Below are positions 50,822 through 60,139 of a stretch of DNA of 64,000 bases, one piece after another; within the stretch, counting starts at the first letter, position 1; every line of letters begins with the position of its first letter. The notes below the pieces were generated by a model that saw only the letters and a program-made list of their open reading frames with translations, was not told the origin of the DNA and did not search any database. Source of the DNA: Nanobdellota archaeon (lineage in GTDB: Archaea; Nanobdellota; Nanobdellia; Pacearchaeales; GW2011-AR1). The stretch covers positions 6,497 through 70,496 of the forward strand of contig JBBSXN010000003.1 in the NCBI GenBank assembly GCA_038045765.1, given 5' to 3'. The translations under genes and the position numbers were made by a program.

Positions 50822-51526
50822 ATGAATTTTAAAAAAGCACTGGGGGCAACTCTTTTAGCAGGAGCTATTGTATGCGCTACTGCAATTGGTGGTAAACCTT
50901 ACAAAGATACCAGACGAGTTAGTGATAATGAGAGCAATTACGCTCAATCAAATACAAATTATGATCCTAATCCTAAATCTCCTCCTTATTTTATTGCTGG
51001 AGAAGATGATTCCGGAGCTAAGATTGTTAAGGTAAATAGAAGAGTATTTGTTTCTGGGAGAGATCTTTCTTTGACAGGACTTGTAAGTAAATTAACAAAT
51101 GAAGGAGATAGTAAAGAAGCTTTGGCACAGAGATTACTTAATTATGTTTCTGGAATTAATTATAATCCTAATGAGGGAGATAAGCAGAAAACTGCTTTGG
51201 AAGTATTATCTACTGGAAAGGCAGATTGCAGAGGAAAGACTGTTCTTTTGGCTTCTCTACTTGATCATGCAGGTATTGATTGCACTATAGTCTATTTTCC
51301 TACTCACGTGAGTGTCGCTGTTGAAGGAAAATATTCTAATAAAAATGGATTAGCCTTTGATTTGGATGGAAAGCGATATAGTCTTGCTGAACCTAGCTCT
51401 GAAAATGGATTTGAAATAGGTAAGACTGAAAGTCCACAATTAGATTTTGGTAAAATGGAGCAGGTACAAAGATCTGATGGAAAAGTATTTGATATAAAGA
51501 CTGGGAGGCAATTAGAATTTTATTGA
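50822..51526 (+). CDS. Secreted/anchored transglutaminase-like cysteine-protease-fold protein
   Basis: N-terminal hydrophobic segment; GKADCRGKTVLLASLL ... THVSVAVE ... LAEPS resembles the Cys-His-Asp transglutaminase core. TTTAAATA at 50793, 29 nt upstream. Confidence 0.5.
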   Translation: MNFKKALGATLLAGAIVCATAIGGKPYKDTRRVSDNESNYAQSNTNYDPNPKSPPYFIAGEDDSGAKIVKVNRRVFVSGRDLSLTGLVSKLTNEGDSKEALAQRLLNYVSGINYNPNEGDKQKTALEVLSTGKADCRGKTVLLASLLDHAGIDCTIVYFPTHVSVAVEGKYSNKNGLAFDLDGKRYSLAEPSSENGFEIGKTESPQLDFGKMEQVQRSDGKVFDIKTGRQLEFY

Positions 51527-51588
51527 CATGATAGTTTTAATGTTTTTTTAGTAAGAAACATTAAATAGTCTTTCTAATACAAAAATTT

Positions 51589-51948
51589 ATGCATTCAAGA
51601 TATATAACTGGAAGCAATTTAGAGCCACAAATTACGGCTAAACTTATATCTTTAGGTTATTTTCCTGCAGTTAGAGACACCACTCCTATTCTTAACTTAG
51701 CTTTACAGATAATTTACGTAGGTTCTACTGCTTCAGTTATTGGAAGATTCGCTGATGGACCAAGAATAATGGTTCATGATAGTAAACTAAAACCTAGTAG
51801 TTGGTGTGAAGGACAGTTATATTTCTTAAATGCCGGTGTTGATGATTTAGTATGCCTCGATAATGTATTGGAAGAGCATTATGTAAGGAGTGCACCAAAA
51901 TTTACTTTTACTCCTAATGCTCAGCCATTAGATGCACATCATAGATAG
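51589..51948 (+). CDS. Hypothetical protein
   Basis: 119-aa ORF; ATTAAATA at 51560, exactly 29 nt upstream. Confidence 0.45.
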   Translation: MHSRYITGSNLEPQITAKLISLGYFPAVRDTTPILNLALQIIYVGSTASVIGRFADGPRIMVHDSKLKPSSWCEGQLYFLNAGVDDLVCLDNVLEEHYVRSAPKFTFTPNAQPLDAHHR

Positions 51949-51967
51949 TCTTGATAAATAGGATACT

Positions 51968-52744
51968 TTATTGATTCTTATAATCTCTAATCATCTTCCT
52001 TATTAGTTTTGAAGTGTCATGGTTTTTGTTTGTAGGTTTTATAGCTTCTTTTAGTACTTCATACCAAACAGCATATCCTTCATTACTTGGATGAAATTTA
52101 TCTCTTGAGAATAAAGATTTGTCATTTCTAAATCTTGGAAAATCACTTATTGATGTGTATAAATCAATATAAACTGTTTTTGTTGCTTTTGCTATTTTCT
52201 TATATATTTTTCTCACTTTTCTTGTTCTTAATGAATATAATGCATTTATAGGAAAAGGCAGTAATCTAGATGCAGCTAGATTACCTCCATGTAAAAATAT
52301 GACTTTTTTAGATTTCTTCTTTGCCTCATTTATAAGAAACAACATATCTTTTTCTATTTCTTTTAAGGGTGTGAAACGAACTATATTATTTGCTCCAATA
52401 TTAATTACGATTAGATTATAATGATTTAATTTAGATTTTCTAAGAAATTCCAAGGCATCTTTGATTTTTGCTCCTGTTCTAGCTATTACTTCAATAGTCG
52501 CATCTGGCTTTTCCTTTCCAAGTCTGCCAGGCATAGAATATTCTTTTTTAGATGCTCCGATGCCTACTGCAGTGCTATCCCCAATCCATAATATATTTTC
52601 TTTTCCATTACCTTTTTGATTTGGAAGTTTTGTTGACCTTTCCATTTTATTTCTCAATTTTTTATATATTTTTATTTTTATAAAAGCGTAAATATATCTA
52701 ATTATTATTATCCATAGCAATAAAGTTAATATTTTTATAATCAT
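51968..52744 (-). CDS. Membrane-anchored SGNH/GDSL hydrolase
   Basis: N-terminal TM; ILWIGDSTAVGIG (GDS block); VINIGANN; DKFHPS (DxxH). Confidence 0.7.
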   Translation of the reverse strand: MIIKILTLLLWIIIIRYIYAFIKIKIYKKLRNKMERSTKLPNQKGNGKENILWIGDSTAVGIGASKKEYSMPGRLGKEKPDATIEVIARTGAKIKDALEFLRKSKLNHYNLIVINIGANNIVRFTPLKEIEKDMLFLINEAKKKSKKVIFLHGGNLAASRLLPFPINALYSLRTRKVRKIYKKIAKATKTVYIDLYTSISDFPRFRNDKSLFSRDKFHPSNEGYAVWYEVLKEAIKPTNKNHDTSKLIRKMIRDYKNQ

Positions 52745-53685
52745 TTTATTGAACTAACGACCTCTTCTATTTCTTCCAATGATTTGCAGGACATTGCTTT
52801 TTGTCTTAACTTTGCTGCGCCTTGCATGTTTCTAAAGAAACATGTTGAAATATATTTTATTCTATGTAAATTATCAAATTTGTATTTCTTGCAGTATTTT
52901 AGATAGAGTTTAAGGTATTTTATGTTTCTTTCAAATGAAAATGGGATCTCTTTGCCTGTTTTAAGATAGTGATTTACTCTATAAAATATGTCTGGGTCAC
53001 CTATGGCTGCTCTTGCAATCATGCAACCATCAGCAATTTTTAACATCTCTTCTACTTTTTTGCCTGAATCTATATCTCCATTACCTATAACTGGAATTTT
53101 CAATTCCTTTTTTACTTTAGCTATCCAAGCCCAGTCAGCAGGAGTTTTATTTGAATGTGTAGCAAGCCTTGCATGTACTGTTAAAAGAGAAGCTCCGGCT
53201 TTTTCAATTGCTTTTGCTGTCTCTAAGACATTATTATTTTCAAAGCCGAGTCTTATTTTTGCTGTGACTGTTAGACCTGCCTTCTTTAGCAGTTTGATGA
53301 TATCGGCTATTTTTTCAGGATTTTTAAGAAGGAAAGAACCAGCTTCATTTCCAGTTATTCTCATTGATGGACAGCCACAGTTTATATCTACTATATCATA
53401 TTTTTTTAAATGGGGAATTGCTTTTTCAAATTCTTCTAAATTATTTCCAGTTATTTGTATTATTTTTATCTTTTCTGATGGAATAGTCTGCATGTGTTTT
53501 TTTGTTGCTGAATTTTCATGAGTAACTGCATCTACATAAAGCATTTCAGTGCTTGCATAATCTACCCCTGCTTTTCTACAAATTAATCTATATGGTAAAT
53601 CTGTTACATCAACCATAGGAGATAAAAATACGGGATTTTTTATAGTGAATTTTCCTATTTTTATTGGTTTGAGTTTCATTTTCAT
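52741..53685 (-). CDS. dus: tRNA-dihydrouridine synthase
   Basis: LSPMVDVTDLPYRLICRKAG; DINCGCP; TAKIRLG; TVHARL. Confidence 0.8.
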   Translation of the reverse strand: MKMKLKPIKIGKFTIKNPVFLSPMVDVTDLPYRLICRKAGVDYASTEMLYVDAVTHENSATKKHMQTIPSEKIKIIQITGNNLEEFEKAIPHLKKYDIVDINCGCPSMRITGNEAGSFLLKNPEKIADIIKLLKKAGLTVTAKIRLGFENNNVLETAKAIEKAGASLLTVHARLATHSNKTPADWAWIAKVKKELKIPVIGNGDIDSGKKVEEMLKIADGCMIARAAIGDPDIFYRVNHYLKTGKEIPFSFERNIKYLKLYLKYCKKYKFDNLHRIKYISTCFFRNMQGAAKLRQKAMSCKSLEEIEEVVSSIK

Positions 53686-53719
53686 ATAAACTTAAATATG
53701 CTTAATGAGGTTTATAAAA

Positions 53720-53929
53720 ATGCCCTCATTCGAAAGAAATTTTTGGAATCCAAACTTTTATGCAAGAAAAGCTTTTACAGCTGAAGGTTTGGAAATGCAT
53801 ATATGGGAATTAGAGAGTATTAGAAGTAAATCTTGGTCTGAAGGATCAAATTCACTTTATTATAATAGGATAGTTGCTGATTTTAAAGTAGAATATTACC
53901 GCTTAACTGGAAGGGAGTTTAAAGGTTAA
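53720..53929 (+). CDS. Small hypothetical protein
   Basis: Start moved to ATG 53720, 29 nt from CTTAAATA at 53691. Confidence 0.35.
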   Translation: MPSFERNFWNPNFYARKAFTAEGLEMHIWELESIRSKSWSEGSNSLYYNRIVADFKVEYYRLTGREFKG

Positions 53930-53985
53930 ATGAGTGTTGTTTAGTACAAATATATTTTTATAGTGCTATTTTCATCAATCTCTTA

Positions 53986-55068
53986 ATGGTTAGGTATGTT
54001 AGTCCAATTGATCCCCACGTTCATTTAAGATGGGAAGAATATCCTAATAAAAATTATCTTAAGCTTGGTTTTTTAGATGCTAGGGCAGTTGGTCTGGCTG
54101 CTTTGGTGGAACAGGGAAATACATCTCCTGCTCTTACAAATGAGGAAGTTATAAGGAAGCGTTTGAAACTCGCTGATCAATTTAGAGGTAATATTATGCA
54201 TGGAGTATATGTTGTTCTTACTCCTGATGAAGATCAACAGGTTGGTGCTTTGAAGTTAGTTATGAATGAAGAAAGAGTTTGTGGTGCCAAAACTTTTCTT
54301 GTTAGATCTACTAACAGCGGTTTGATTGAGATAACTGATGAAAAAGCTCAAAGAGAAGCTTGGTTTTTGAAAGCAATAACTGGTTTTCGTGGGCCTGATA
54401 TCGCACATTATGAAGATGGAAAATTATTTACTATGCCTTTTGATCCTGCAAATCCCGTTTCTCACTCAATTAGACAGTGTCCTGAAGCTGAAGTTGTGCA
54501 GTTTGAAAGACAATTTAAGAATGCTTATGATGCAGGTTATGAAGGAAGTTTAGTTGTTTTGCATACTTCAAATCCTGATACAATTGATATGGGTGAGAAA
54601 CTCATCAAGCAACATAGTCCTAATTTTAAAGTCTTTTATGAAACTACCTTTCATCATATGTTTTTGAATGGAAATGATGATTATCCTCTTCATGGTAATC
54701 TTGTAAAAATGAATCCTCCTTTGAGACCGGCTGTTTTGCAGGAAAGACTGCTTGAATATGTTCTTGCAGGTAAAACTCATATTATTGGTACTGATCACGC
54801 TCCTCATCCTTATGAAGAAAAAATAGGTAAGCCGTATAAGTCAGGTATTCCTGCTATATTATTCTGGCCTAAAGGTATTGAATTATTAAGAAATCATGGA
54901 ATGAAAGCAGAGCATCTTGAAGCTTTGACATTCGATAACTCTAATGAATTGTATTTTGGTGGAAGAGTTAAAGGGAAGATAGTTGATATTAAGTATGCAC
55001 CAGATTTGTGGAGAAGAAGATATGGATTTAATCCTTTTTCAAGAATTGATGGAACACCTAAGAGTTAA
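53986..55068 (+). CDS. Amidohydrolase-superfamily enzyme, dihydroorotase-like
   Basis: IDPHVHLR and GTDHAPH metal-ligand motifs. Convergent with and overlapping pyrD by 4 nt. Confidence 0.6.
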   Translation: MVRYVSPIDPHVHLRWEEYPNKNYLKLGFLDARAVGLAALVEQGNTSPALTNEEVIRKRLKLADQFRGNIMHGVYVVLTPDEDQQVGALKLVMNEERVCGAKTFLVRSTNSGLIEITDEKAQREAWFLKAITGFRGPDIAHYEDGKLFTMPFDPANPVSHSIRQCPEAEVVQFERQFKNAYDAGYEGSLVVLHTSNPDTIDMGEKLIKQHSPNFKVFYETTFHHMFLNGNDDYPLHGNLVKMNPPLRPAVLQERLLEYVLAGKTHIIGTDHAPHPYEEKIGKPYKSGIPAILFWPKGIELLRNHGMKAEHLEALTFDNSNELYFGGRVKGKIVDIKYAPDLWRRRYGFNPFSRIDGTPKS

Positions 55069-56129
55069 TTTCTTCTTCTTTCTGTTCTTCTTAATTCTCT
55101 TAATAATGCTGGACCTTTGTAGATTAATGGGGTGAATATTTGAACTCCATTTACTTTTTCACATATTGTTCTTAGTCTTACTCTTTCAGCAGAATTTATT
55201 CCCCCACACGCTATTAAATTGAGTTGATATCCTCCAGCATTTATAGCATCTCTAAATGCTTGTTGTGTTTCATATGATCTATTGTAGACTGCATTTCCGC
55301 TTGCTCCACCTTTACCCTCGGGATTTGGCCTATGTCTTATAAAATTGGGGTCATGATGAGTTGTTGTGTTTGTAGTTGTGAAGCCATCTATTCCATAATC
55401 TCCGGCTATCTGAACTATTCTAATAATATCTTCTTTGCTTAGATCGGGAGAAACTTTTAGATAAATTTCTTGGTCTGGATCTCTTCTATTAACTGCTACG
55501 ACTTCCATCATTTCTTTTAGTTTACTTTGGTATTCTGCTCTTGAATCTCCTTTTCCAATTGCAGCATGCGTATTTGGACAGGATATATTTAATTCATATC
55601 TATCTACGTAAGGCAAATCTTTTGTTGCTAGCATTGTTGTTCTTAAGTCTTTTAATAGTTCATTACCTGTTTTTCCAGGTGTCGACATTAAGTTTATTGT
55701 TATTGGGACTCCGTGATGTCCATATCTTTTCAGGTTTTCTGCTACTGTTTTTGCTCCTACTCCTGGAAGACCCATCCAGTTTACCATTGAATCTGTGCTA
55801 GAATATCTTACAATTCTTGGGCAGGGATTGCCTTGCCAAGGGTCTGCAGTTACTGTCCCAACGACAACTCTATCAAATCCTAATGCTTTAAGAAAAGTTG
55901 GGGGAATGTTTCCATCTTTATTGAAGCCAGCAGCATTTGAAATTTCAAAACCAGGATCTAATTTATTTTCTAGACAGTCAAATAATATATTTTCTAGTCT
56001 AAAAGCATGAATCCTTCTTGCAGCTTCAACGAATGCATGATGCGCATCTTCTGGGTCGGGAAATTTATCAAATAACTTTGAACGATGTTGTATATATTTC
56101 CTATCTATGAAATTTCTTATGCCTTCCAT
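55065..56129 (-). CDS. pyrD: Dihydroorotate dehydrogenase
   Basis: GFNKDG; ELNISCPNT; GFTTTNTT; KGGASG; ACGGI. Confidence 0.8.
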   Translation of the reverse strand: MEGIRNFIDRKYIQHRSKLFDKFPDPEDAHHAFVEAARRIHAFRLENILFDCLENKLDPGFEISNAAGFNKDGNIPPTFLKALGFDRVVVGTVTADPWQGNPCPRIVRYSSTDSMVNWMGLPGVGAKTVAENLKRYGHHGVPITINLMSTPGKTGNELLKDLRTTMLATKDLPYVDRYELNISCPNTHAAIGKGDSRAEYQSKLKEMMEVVAVNRRDPDQEIYLKVSPDLSKEDIIRIVQIAGDYGIDGFTTTNTTTHHDPNFIRHRPNPEGKGGASGNAVYNRSYETQQAFRDAINAGGYQLNLIACGGINSAERVRLRTICEKVNGVQIFTPLIYKGPALLRELRRTERRRN

Positions 56130-56199
56130 TTATTCTTAGCTTATTTTATCTTTAAATATATGATTTACTACTCTGTATGAATGCTCTATGACAATCATC

Positions 56200-56207
56200 T
56201 TTAAATA
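56200..56207 (+). promoter_or_regulatory. TATA box TTTAAATA, 29 nt before ATG 56229
   Basis: Exact consensus and spacing. Confidence 0.65.
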
Positions 56208-56228
56208 GAAAGAGGTTCTTTATTTTTT

Positions 56229-56459
56229 ATGGAAAAGGATATTGATAGAATAACAAAGAATAGCGAAACAGATATTGTAATAAGAATTGATGATTTTGGT
56301 GGTAAGAGGGGATTAACTATAAGGGAATTTGTAAAGAGCGATAAATATACTGGCTTTACAAAAGCTGGAACTAGAATACCTGCTGATAAGTTTAAGGTTT
56401 TTAAAGCTACAATAAATAGTATTGATGAGAAAGATTTCGAAGTTGAAGAAGTGAAATAG
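56229..56459 (+). CDS. PC4/YdbC-like single-stranded nucleic-acid-binding protein
   Basis: IVIRIDDFGGKRGLTIREFVKS.KYTGFTKAGTRIP resembles the PC4 coactivator fold pattern. 76 aa. Confidence 0.5.
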   Translation: MEKDIDRITKNSETDIVIRIDDFGGKRGLTIREFVKSDKYTGFTKAGTRIPADKFKVFKATINSIDEKDFEVEEVK

Positions 56460-56493
56460 TTAAATTTTTATATGGTTTTTTTGATATTTTCTT

Positions 56494-57033
56494 ATGGATC
56501 CAGATTATAGGTTGCCATTTAAGCCAGAATTTTTGAAGAGACTTAGAGAACAGAGTAAAGATGATGTTGATTCTGTTTTACGAACAACACCTAGTCCTTT
56601 TGGTTATCATGATGGAAGATATTATTTTCAACCACCCATAGGTACTGAGATTGTTGCTTGCAGATCAGGTAGAGTTGTAGAGATTGATAGAACTCCTCTA
56701 AGAAAATTATTAGGTTTAACCCATAGAGAGCTACATAACGCAAGGTTTGTTTTTATAAATCATGGTGATGAGACTTATATGAATTATGTACATTTAGATT
56801 CTCGATTAAAGAAAGGAGATAGGGTTGAACAAGGTGAAACTATTGGTAGATTAATAAGCGGTTCTTCAGATTATCTTCCACATTTACATTTACATCATCA
56901 TAAGTTCTTTAGTCCTAAGCAAGTAAGCAGAGATACATTTAATTCTAATGTTGTTTTTACTGATCCTCTTTTTAGAAGGTTTAGATATATTGGAGGACTG
57001 CTTAGAAATCCTAGTCTTACTTTAATTGATTAA
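56494..57033 (+). CDS. M23 (LytM)-family metallopeptidase-like protein without signal peptide
   Basis: GTEIVACRSGRVV; HGDETYMNYVHL; KGDRVEQGETIGRL; PHLHLHHH. Confidence 0.55.
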   Translation: MDPDYRLPFKPEFLKRLREQSKDDVDSVLRTTPSPFGYHDGRYYFQPPIGTEIVACRSGRVVEIDRTPLRKLLGLTHRELHNARFVFINHGDETYMNYVHLDSRLKKGDRVEQGETIGRLISGSSDYLPHLHLHHHKFFSPKQVSRDTFNSNVVFTDPLFRRFRYIGGLLRNPSLTLID

Positions 57034-57254
57034 GGCATGCCTGAATTCTTTACTATCATTTCAAGTTTTTGTTGTTCTGTTAAATCATTTGTTCCTTGGA
57101 CTTGAAATCTGTGATAATATTCTGGGAGATTCATCATTCTTTCATGTCTTTGTAAGTCTCTTAAGTCTGCTTTTCCTGTAAAATGAAGAATTGTATACAA
57201 TGCAATTGCTCCTGCGATATATTTTGGTGCTTTCTTTAGAAATTGGTATTTCAT
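57030..57254 (-). CDS. Small hypothetical membrane-associated protein
   Basis: 74 aa; TM YIAGAIALYTILHF. TATA TTTAATAC (minus) at 57283, 29 nt from the ATG. Confidence 0.45.
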   Translation of the reverse strand: MKYQFLKKAPKYIAGAIALYTILHFTGKADLRDLQRHERMMNLPEYYHRFQVQGTNDLTEQQKLEMIVKNSGMP

Positions 57255-57286
57255 TTTATTCTTTAGTATTTTAGGTATTAAATATA

Positions 57287-57646
57287 TTATTGTTCTAAGA
57301 TATATTTAGTTAATTCTTCAGATTCTCTTCTTAATGTACTGGCTTTCTTAGTTATTTCAGGAGCATTTGTTAACCTTTCTACTGTAGAATATGTGAAATG
57401 TCCTGGTCTTTCTCTTGATTGATAACTTACTAATCCTTCTGTAAACATAAATGCTGTGAGAGCCGCAATTTTAATCAATATTGAATCATCGTATGAAGAG
57501 ACAGTTTGATCATTTAACATGCTTCTTGTTGTTAAATATACTCCAGCAAACCCAAGGTTCATTAATGCTATTCCGAATGTCTTTGATTGGTTTTCTAAGT
57601 GATTTGCTCTTTCTCTAATTGAATTTGGTGTTTCTATTTGATACAT
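57287..57646 (-). CDS. Hypothetical membrane protein
   Basis: Start set at Met44 (MYQIETPNS), 28 nt from TTTAAAGC (minus, 57674). The longer track ORF would overlap the aIF5B start. Confidence 0.4.
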   Translation of the reverse strand: MYQIETPNSIRERANHLENQSKTFGIALMNLGFAGVYLTTRSMLNDQTVSSYDDSILIKIAALTAFMFTEGLVSYQSRERPGHFTYSTVERLTNAPEITKKASTLRRESEELTKYILEQ

Positions 57647-57721
57647 CGCTTGTTGACAATTATCAAGCTTTAAAAATGTGTGTTGCTTCTTAATTATTAA
57701 TGAATATAGGAGAAAATAATA

Positions 57722-59452
57722 ATGAAAGATCAAATAAGACAACCAATAGTAACTGTATGTGGTCATGTAGATCATGGTAAAACATCGATATTAGATTGTT
57801 TTAGAGGAAGCGCTGTTCAAGAGAGTGAGGCTGGAGGAATAACTCAGAAGATAAGTTTTACTAAATATCCTAAAGAGCAGATTCTTAAGACTTGTCCGCT
57901 TCTTGAAAAGTCTGGAGCAAAGCTTGAAATTCCAGGATTTCTTTTTATAGATACACCAGGGCATGCAGCATTTACTAATTTAAGAAAGAGAGGAGGGAGC
58001 TTAGCAGATCTTGCAATTTTAGTTGTTAATATAAAAGAAGGAATAAAACCACAAACGGCTGAAGTCTTACAAATTTTGAAGGCTAATAAAACTCCTTTTG
58101 TTGTTGCATTGAATAAACTAGACAATATTTCTGGATGGAAGAAGAAAGGAGATTTGAAAGAGAGCATTAATTCACAAGCTATTCATGTAAGGCAAGAATT
58201 TGATGAAGCATTTTTAACTTTTCAAGGTTCTTTGCATGAACATGGTTTCGATTCTGATTTATTTTATGAAATAAATGATTTTACTAAGAAGATTGCTTTA
58301 GTTCCTTGTTCTGCTAGAACTAAAGAAGGAATAAGTGAATTGATATTTGTTTTATGTGGATTGTCTCAGAAGTTTTTGAAGGAAAGATTGAAATTGAGCG
58401 AGGTCTCTAAGGGAGTTATTTTAGAAGTTAAACAAGTTAAAGGACAGAAATGGGTAGAAGCTATTTTGTATGATGGTGTTTTAGATGAAGGAGATGAATT
58501 AGTTATAGCTAGTTTTGGAGAATCAATTATTTCAAAGGTTAGAGCCTTAGGAGAGATCGTGCCATTGTCTAATAAATATAGTCCTGTAAAGAGCGTTACA
58601 GCTGCTACAGGAGTTAAAATGCAATTAACAGAAACAGATGGAATAATGGCAGGAGTTCCTTTTCAGGAAACTAAAGGAGATGTTGAAAGCGTTAAGTCTG
58701 CTTTCAAGAAAGATATGGCTAAAACTATTCAAGTCGATAAGCAAGGAATTATTATTAAGGCAGATTCACTTGGAAGTTTAGAAGCTTTGATTACTTTACT
58801 TAAACAGGAAAAAATACAGATAATCAAAACTGGAATTGGACCTATTGGAAAGAGCGATTTAATTTCTGCTCAGGCTAATTTAGATATTAATCCATTAGAT
58901 GCAGTGATAGTCGGATTTAATGTCGGTCTGGAAGAAGATTTAGAGGTACCTGAAAGCATTAAAGTCATTAGAAATGAAGTTGTGTATAAATTAATTGATG
59001 ATTTAGGAGAGTGGAGAAAGAGGAAAGATGAGGAGATAAGAAAAGAAAGAATGATGGAGTTGGTTACTGTTTGTAAATTGGAAATATTCCAGAATCATGT
59101 TTTTAGAAATAGTAATCCTGCTATTTTTGGAGTTAAGGTATTGGCTGGAAAGGTTAAAGTTGGAATACCTATGATTGATGAGAAAGGAGAGGAAATTGCA
59201 AGAGTAAAGTCTTTACAGTTAGATAAAAGCGCAGTTGTCGAAGCTAAAGAAGGAAGTGAACTTGCACTTGCTTTACCAGGAATACAATTTGATAGAGTAT
59301 TGAAAGAAAGTAAGTATCTTTATGCAGATATAAGTGAAAAGCAGTTTAAGACTTTTAAGAAGAACAAGGATTTATTGTCTAGCAATGAGATGAAGGTTCT
59401 TCAGGAGATTGCTGAGATAAAACAAAGGAAGAATGAAAATTGGGGAGCTTAG
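57722..59452 (+). CDS. infB: Translation initiation factor aIF5B (IF-2 homologue)
   Basis: RQPIVTVCGHVDHGKTSILD; FIDTPGHAAF; ALNKLD; C-terminal beta-barrel regions. SD-like AGGAG 9 nt upstream. Confidence 0.9.
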   Translation: MKDQIRQPIVTVCGHVDHGKTSILDCFRGSAVQESEAGGITQKISFTKYPKEQILKTCPLLEKSGAKLEIPGFLFIDTPGHAAFTNLRKRGGSLADLAILVVNIKEGIKPQTAEVLQILKANKTPFVVALNKLDNISGWKKKGDLKESINSQAIHVRQEFDEAFLTFQGSLHEHGFDSDLFYEINDFTKKIALVPCSARTKEGISELIFVLCGLSQKFLKERLKLSEVSKGVILEVKQVKGQKWVEAILYDGVLDEGDELVIASFGESIISKVRALGEIVPLSNKYSPVKSVTAATGVKMQLTETDGIMAGVPFQETKGDVESVKSAFKKDMAKTIQVDKQGIIIKADSLGSLEALITLLKQEKIQIIKTGIGPIGKSDLISAQANLDINPLDAVIVGFNVGLEEDLEVPESIKVIRNEVVYKLIDDLGEWRKRKDEEIRKERMMELVTVCKLEIFQNHVFRNSNPAIFGVKVLAGKVKVGIPMIDEKGEEIARVKSLQLDKSAVVEAKEGSELALALPGIQFDRVLKESKYLYADISEKQFKTFKKNKDLLSSNEMKVLQEIAEIKQRKNENWGA

Positions 59453-59616
59453 TATCTTACTTGTCTTTTTCTAGTTGATCCTTGAATATGGATTTCATTA
59501 ACTTCGTTCCCAGGGTTCAATTCAGCCACTCTATGTTTCATTAAATCTCTTGGAGAATGGTATTCTCTTTTTTCATCATCTCCCATATGAGCTCGATATT
59601 TTCTTAAGTTAATCAT
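59449..59616 (-). CDS. Unlisted 55-aa ORF (MINLRKYRAHMGDDEKREYHSPRDLMKHRVAELNPGNEVNEIHIQGSTRKRQVRY)
   Basis: Below the 60-aa track cutoff. It fills the only gap between infB and rps6e. Its ATG is 28 nt from the shared near-palindromic TATA at 59637-59646. Confidence 0.4.
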   Translation of the reverse strand: MINLRKYRAHMGDDEKREYHSPRDLMKHRVAELNPGNEVNEIHIQGSTRKRQVRY

Positions 59617-59638
59617 AATTTTGCTTCATGAGATAAGC

Positions 59639-59646
59639 TTTAAAAA
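59639..59646. promoter_or_regulatory. TATA box TTTAAAAA (plus strand) that also reads TTTAAAGC on the minus strand; shared by divergent genes
   Basis: 29 nt before rps6e ATG 59668. The minus-strand reading starts at 59644, 28 nt before ATG 59616. Confidence 0.55.
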
Positions 59647-59667
59647 CCCTCCTTTCTGATTGTGTAT

Positions 59668-60096
59668 ATGGTAATAAAAATCAATATAGCTGATAAGGGA
59701 AAGACTTGGAAAGTTGAATCAGATGGAGCTTCTTTAATGGGTAAAAATGTTGGAGATAAAGTTCATGGAGCTGAATTGAAATCAGAATTAGAAGGTTATG
59801 AGCTTGAAATAATGGGTGGAAGTGATAGTGCTGGTTTTCCTTTATCTAAAGATGTCGAAGGAGTTTATTTGAGAAAAGTTTTATTGACTGAAGGCTTTGG
59901 AATGAGACAGAGTAAGCCTCACGGACTTAGAAAGAGAAAGACTCTTAGAGGAAAGACTATTTCAGAAGCTGTTGTTCAGCTTAATTTAGTTGTTGTAAAG
60001 CATGGTGGAAAGAAATTACATGAAATATTTCCTGAACAGAATCAACCTAAAGCTACAAAGACTGGGGAACAAAAAGCTCCTGCTCCAGCTGCTTAA
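59668..60096 (+). CDS. rps6e: 30S ribosomal protein eS6
   Basis: KINIADKGKTWKVE; GGSDSAGFP; RKRKTLRG pattern of S6e. Start at ATG 59668 rather than GTG 59662. Confidence 0.85.
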   Translation: MVIKINIADKGKTWKVESDGASLMGKNVGDKVHGAELKSELEGYELEIMGGSDSAGFPLSKDVEGVYLRKVLLTEGFGMRQSKPHGLRKRKTLRGKTISEAVVQLNLVVVKHGGKKLHEIFPEQNQPKATKTGEQKAPAPAA

Positions 60097-60139
60097 TTCT
60101 AAAGGTAGGTTTTTTAAACACAGTTTTTCTTGAGAATTT

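Noticed and set aside
53685-53720. Crossed divergent promoters for dus (ATG 53685) and the small ORF at 53720, only 35 nt apart.
   Set aside because: The plus-strand box fits (53691, 29 nt). The only minus-strand candidate (TTTATAAA, 53711-53718) is 33 nt from the dus ATG, and the exact-spacing position holds no TATA-like sequence. The arrangement is too uncertain to report as a finding.
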